A stretch of 55,499 nt of DNA, from the NCBI GenBank assembly GCA_003707115.1, contig PPNB01000010.1, positions 248,001 to 303,499 of the forward strand, read 5' to 3'. This stretch comes from Tortispora ganteri. Taxonomy: Eukaryota. The translations under genes were made by a program, and so were the position numbers. Below the pieces are notes generated by a model. That model was not told the DNA's origin. It did no database searches and saw only the letters and a program-made list of their open reading frames with translations. This document shows, piece by piece, positions 51,077 through 55,499 of the stretch. The first letter of the stretch is position 1; each line of letters opens with the position of its first letter.

Positions 51077-54000
51077 TTAATCATCAGTCTCAGACTGCTG
51101 CAGTGCCTGGAATGCGCTAACAGGAGCAGGCGAATCGGTTCGAAGCGTCTCAGGCTTATTTCGCTGACTATTGTTGCGTCCAGATCCTCCACGACTAAAT
51201 GTAAAACCAGAATCATTATGGCTGCTTGATCCAATAGATTTCGACCCTCGGCGATCTTCACCGGCAAGATGAGTCGAGGACCCTTGTCGAGAAACACTGG
51301 TCCATCCTTCAGATGATCGGTCCCCGCGATCTCTGTGGTCTCTGTGGTCTCTCGAAGATCCTCCGCGACCTCCTAGCCCACCACGAGAATGTGATGCGGC
51401 TACGGCAGCAGCCGCAGCAGCCGCAGCTGCCTCCTGTTCTTCGTGAATATCTTCAATTTTCATCGGACCAGCGGCCTTGTCTGCAGGCCAACCCTGTTCA
51501 TAGGCTTCCAAAACATCAAGAATCTTGAATTTCAACTTCTGCGAGAGCTCAGGGCTGTTCTTCAACTTATCTAAACGATCGATATACACAGCCATACGTT
51601 GAGGCTGCTTGCTCTGGAATGGCGCACCAGCTGTAAGAATCAAATGACACGCTGATTCAACTTCTTCTTCGCGAGGGTTAGCGATATGGCCAAGCAATTG
51701 CTTGATACAACCATTAACAACAGTCTCTGAAAGCATGCCTAGTGTGTACAACTCTCCAATAAATCTCACCAAACCCAGACCTCGTCGTTTAATCGCAGCA
51801 AGTCTATAATACTCTTCAGAAGCTTTTTGAGCTTCAAGTTTTGCAGCTTCAATTTCATCCGCAGTTCCACCGCTTGTAGATCCTTTTTCAGCTTTTGCAT
51901 TAGCAGAGTCAAGATGTTCCTTAGCCTCTTTTTCGGCTTCAGTGACTTCAAGCGACCATCCTTTTTCAAAATTTTGTTGACAGCGCATCAGAAGGTAACG
52001 TCGGAAAAGTGCACCACCAACTACAGGTTGACCGTTCTTGTCAAAAACACCCTCTGCAGTGATCTCAGGAGAGACGTTTCGAAGCATTATATTACAGAAT
52101 TCGGCATATGTTTGACTCCAATGAGGTTCATCACAAGCCTTATCAAAGGTCAATTCCAATATTTGCTGTAATGTGCTGCCATCTTTTTCGAACCTGCTTT
52201 GATCAGCAATCTCCAATACTAATTTAGAAATTCCAGGTAAGTTATCAGGGGTCAAGCGGTTCAGTAAACCATTTATTTTTCTTCGTACCATTTCAGGTGC
52301 CATTAAGCCCTTATCTGTTTTCTCTTCTATCTTTAAACCCTCAGCTTCTGCTTGACGACGAGGCTTCCATCTGTTTTCTGATCTTTCTAATTCAATTGGC
52401 TCAGAGGGAGCAGACGGTTCGTTCCTGTCACGACCATCCCTATCGCGTCGGCGAGAAGATCCTTGGCGGCCGCTATTTGAGCGTCCAGACAAATTGCTTC
52501 CAAAACCAAAAGGAGCCGCAGAAGCGTTGCGATTGGATTTGTTTGAGCTGTTGCCTCCGTGGCGACCAAAAGAATTCTTATTACCGCCAACAGATCCCAT
52601 GGGCATATTGCTGAACGAATTTCCTGAAGTAGAAGAACCGCCTCTGTAAGATCCTTTTCCAGCATTTCCAGTTCTCGATCCGGATCCTCTGTTGATATTA
52701 AGTGCAGATATTATTTCTGTCCAGTTGGAAACAGGAGGATCAGTGATAATCGAAGAAAACTGAGTCAGGAAACCCCTATCGTAACGGGGCCGTTTTGTGG
52801 CATTCAACGAAGGTCGGGGCGGGAGAATTCCAGGGGGATAGATCACAGATTCAACGGCAGAGATGCGCTTAGCGTTAGCAAGTAGTTCAAAGAATTGCTT
52901 TCCCTCAGATTTCTCCTCTTCTTGAGGTATCGGAGAAGCAGCTTCGGTTGACTCTTCGGATGCAGAAATGGAAGGTTTAGTTTCGTCTGTTGTATTTTCT
53001 TCAGATTCGATAGGTTCAGGAACGTCCGATGCTTTTGCGGGTGCGTCTTCAGGAATACTTTCTTTAGCTTCAGGTTCACTAGATGGTGTTTCAGAAGCAG
53101 GTTCGTTTTTGGGTTCAAACCCTTGCTTTTTCAGGTGTTGCAAAAATGCATTCTTAAAGTCGTTGGCAGCACTAGAACTCGGCTTTTCGGAGGTAGATGC
53201 AGCAGATTCAACAGAATCTGAGGCAGATTTTACCGAAGAAGCTAATTCAGTAGCAGTGGACTCAGAAGAGCTAATGGCGGCCTCTGAAGGAGTAGCAGCA
53301 GAGACGGGCGCCAGAGCGGGTTTATCGCTAGCAGCAGCGGGTTTAGCAGGTGCAGGTGCAGGAGATGAAGCTGCAGACGTTGAGGCACTGACAGGTTTAG
53401 CAAATTGCTTTATATCGACTTCCTGTAGCGTTTCGGGATTTAAAATTTTGATCGCACGACGCACAGGCTTAGCAGGTACAGCTGCGGGATTGGCCGATAG
53501 CACAGATGGAGAGCCCATGGCGACAGGTATAGCGGTAGCCGCAGAAGGGCTAGGCGAAAGAACAGCGGGAACGGGAGAGTTTGCGTTGGGGGGATATATT
53601 CCCTGCGGAGGAATCATTCCAGGCATCATCTGGCGCTGACCAGCATAATGAGGTACATACATTTGACCCTGCATCGGAGGAACCGGGTAGCCGTAGGCCT
53701 GCGCATCGGCCGGCCCGTAGCGGTTCATGTAGTACTGGTTAGGATACATATGAACGGGTCGATTATTTGGCATTAAGGCCGGGGACTGGCCGTTGCGATT
53801 GTTCATACGGCCGACAACGGGGTTAGATCCAGGTGGGATAGGGCCGCTGGCGGATCTCTGAGGATAAGCATTGACATCCTGGGCGCCAGGCAGCGGATGA
53901 GACGAGTGTGGTTCAGCCATGCTCTGATTTCGAGCGTGCTGAGGCGGTTTCTGACCTTGATTAGGTTTAGGAGCAGATTTCTAAAAGATGTTAGTATCAA

Positions 54001-54322
54001 ACAAATGAAAAAGCTAAGAACATGTGATTTGAAAAGTTACAAGGAAGGAAACGCGATAACGAAAGACGAAAAAGGCGAGTATCTGGGTCAGTACCAGCAA
54101 TCGATTGACGTTAAGGCAAGCGAGAATAAAAAAAATACTTACTTTATTTGAAGTGTCAGTAACAGATGAAGACGCAGGTGCAGGCGCTGAAGTCGAAGCG
54201 GCAGATGCAGGAGCAGGAGCAGGAGCAGCGGGGGCAGCTGGTTTTGCGGCCTGAGGAGGTGGAGCGACTGCAGATGCAGCCATTTCCGCAAAAGAGGTGA
54301 CACCGTTTCCTGGATTAGACAT
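51077..54322 (-). CDS. TIF4631: Translation initiation factor eIF4G; exon 54322-54143, intron 54142-53981, exon 53980-51077
   Basis: The phase-0 intron GTAAGT...TACTAAC-atcttt-TAG joins ...DTSNK to KSAPKP. The protein has AIKILNP, an eIF4E-binding-like RYDRGFL, SENRWKP and a MIF4G domain (KINGLLNRLT, DKACDEPHW, KRRGLGLVRFIGELY). Confidence 0.93.
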
Positions 54323-54669
54323 GACTATTTATGCTTTTAATTCTCAGAGAGATAAAAAACCAAACAAATAGAGAGAAAATACGGGTTCGTGAGGGACCTT
54401 TTCGTAGGTGCAGATATGGGTGGCCCTTGCAACGTAGATTACTTCCTAATAGAAAGACCAAAAGACGAAGTTTCACGAAAGAAAAGCACACAGAAAAAAG
54501 ATATAAAACCAAAAACTAGAAGAACTGTTAAAAAGATAATTCGGATTTTTAGTAGCAAACCGAACAGTACTTTTCTATCACCGAATGGTTTGGTTTTTTT
54601 ATCTGTGAAGAGCGTGGCACCGAAAATTTTAGGCCACAGTGGGACTTCCTATAAAAAACAAACCCTATT

Positions 54670-54679
54670 ATCACGTGAC
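54670..54679. promoter_or_regulatory. bHLH (Cbf1-type) site ATCACGTGAC upstream of eIF4G
   Basis: Same 13-mer TTATCACGTGACT as at 49882-49894. Confidence 0.6.
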
Positions 54680-54752
54680 TAAGTTAAACAATTACTTGTA
54701 GTATGAGAAAGTTAAGAAAGATGCTTGTCATTTATTCGTCTATGTTTGATTT

Positions 54753-55499
54753 TTACGCGTATTTCGGGACACCCGCCTCCAGATTCAGCATTTCGTCTGT
54801 GTCCGGTGCTAGTATGTGCGCAACATACAGTGCCACCCCTGTGAATATGCTCGCAAGCGTGTAGATTAGGTCAAACCAACGATCCGCAAATACAGTGTCA
54901 AACGGCACACCGAGCGCCTTCGTGATCGCAGACGACATGTTCTCCGGCAGATTAGAACGCAACATCATTGACGTCGCTATCATGTATGATCCAAATAATT
55001 CAGCAGATATTAAGTAGAACATACTTGGTGAAACTTCAGACACATTTGTTAATTTCCGAAATAGTTTAGCCGTCGTCACAGCAGACGATAGCGAACAAAG
55101 AAAAATCACACCCGAAACTAGAAATCCACAAATACCCTGCCATGATTCAATATCAAGTTCAGGATCCCAATATTTTAGCCATACTGCCAGAATGCTCGTC
55201 ACCAAATCGTTCGCACCTCTCCGCTCTTCCACTCCACTCAGCTTCCCGGTCAAGCTACGTCGCACGACAATCACACTTAACAGCCTGTAAATACAATATA
55301 ATGAAAATATCCCATACATCTGTTTGCTTATCCAGCCGACAGTTGTACGTTCGTATTCCTGCTGTTGCATCCTCTTGTTACAGGTCCGCAGATCTTGGTC
55401 AACAGATTTGCGCAGTAACTCCAAGCCCTGAATTTCTTGCCTCAATGAAGAGATCTTGTGCGTTTTGCCGCCTCTACCGAACCCAGACATAACACTGCC
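54753..55499 (-). CDS. GPR89/Golgi pH regulator-family membrane protein, 3' part (5' end outside the window)
   Basis: The frame is open to the right edge; IFSLYCIYRL, ELFGSYMIATSMMLRSNLP and FADRWFDLIY match the family C-terminal domain. Confidence 0.85.
   Translation of the reverse strand, partial: GSVMSGFGRGGKTHKISSLRQEIQGLELLRKSVDQDLRTCNKRMQQQEYERTTVGWISKQMYGIFSLYCIYRLLSVIVVRRSLTGKLSGVEERRGANDLVTSILAVWLKYWDPELDIESWQGICGFLVSGVIFLCSLSSAVTTAKLFRKLTNVSEVSPSMFYLISAELFGSYMIATSMMLRSNLPENMSSAITKALGVPFDTVFADRWFDLIYTLASIFTGVALYVAHILAPDTDEMLNLEAGVPKYA

Noticed and set aside
54014..54322. 102-aa ORF as a separate gene
   Set aside because: It is eIF4G exon 1 read into its intron.

Overview
Gene-dense eukaryotic DNA from a yeast-like ascomycete. 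The short intergenic gaps, rare short introns (GTAAGT...CTAAC...YAG), CTG codons at conserved Leu positions and genes typical of filamentous fungi suggest an early-diverging, non-CTG-clade Saccharomycotina yeast (inference). The left end is accessory-like: a partial PAQR/IZH gene, a 2.9-kb AT-rich gap, a secreted adhesin with 78-bp repeats, a (Ser-Pro)77 stalk and a C-terminal PA14/GLEYA domain, and a decayed tandem copy of its 5' part. The rest is about 24 mostly housekeeping genes, including TMA7, a Ran1-type kinase, TFC6, a RING-CH ligase, IRS4, LACTB2, TIF3/eIF4B, FMP27, ROX3, RPL32, a C2H2 factor, a Cdc25-type GEF, CCS1, a 2-hydroxyacid dehydrogenase, ARA2, a UFD1-AZUL protein, enoyl-CoA hydratase, Usp, eIF4G and a partial GPR89. 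Four spliced genes are mis-called by the ORF track. The most interesting signal is that the eIF4B and eIF4G genes each have a roughly 165-nt intron containing a second TACTGAC branchpoint plus CAG acceptor inside a predicted stem, and its use would create a premature stop. This is a candidate splicing-based regulatory circuit. Also notable are a 929-nt AUG-free leader upstream of the kinase and an orphan membrane protein with a duplicated HDPSxCxPECPCAPPE motif. I recognised no tRNA, rRNA, transposon or CRISPR. All family assignments come from motif recognition by eye, not database searches.
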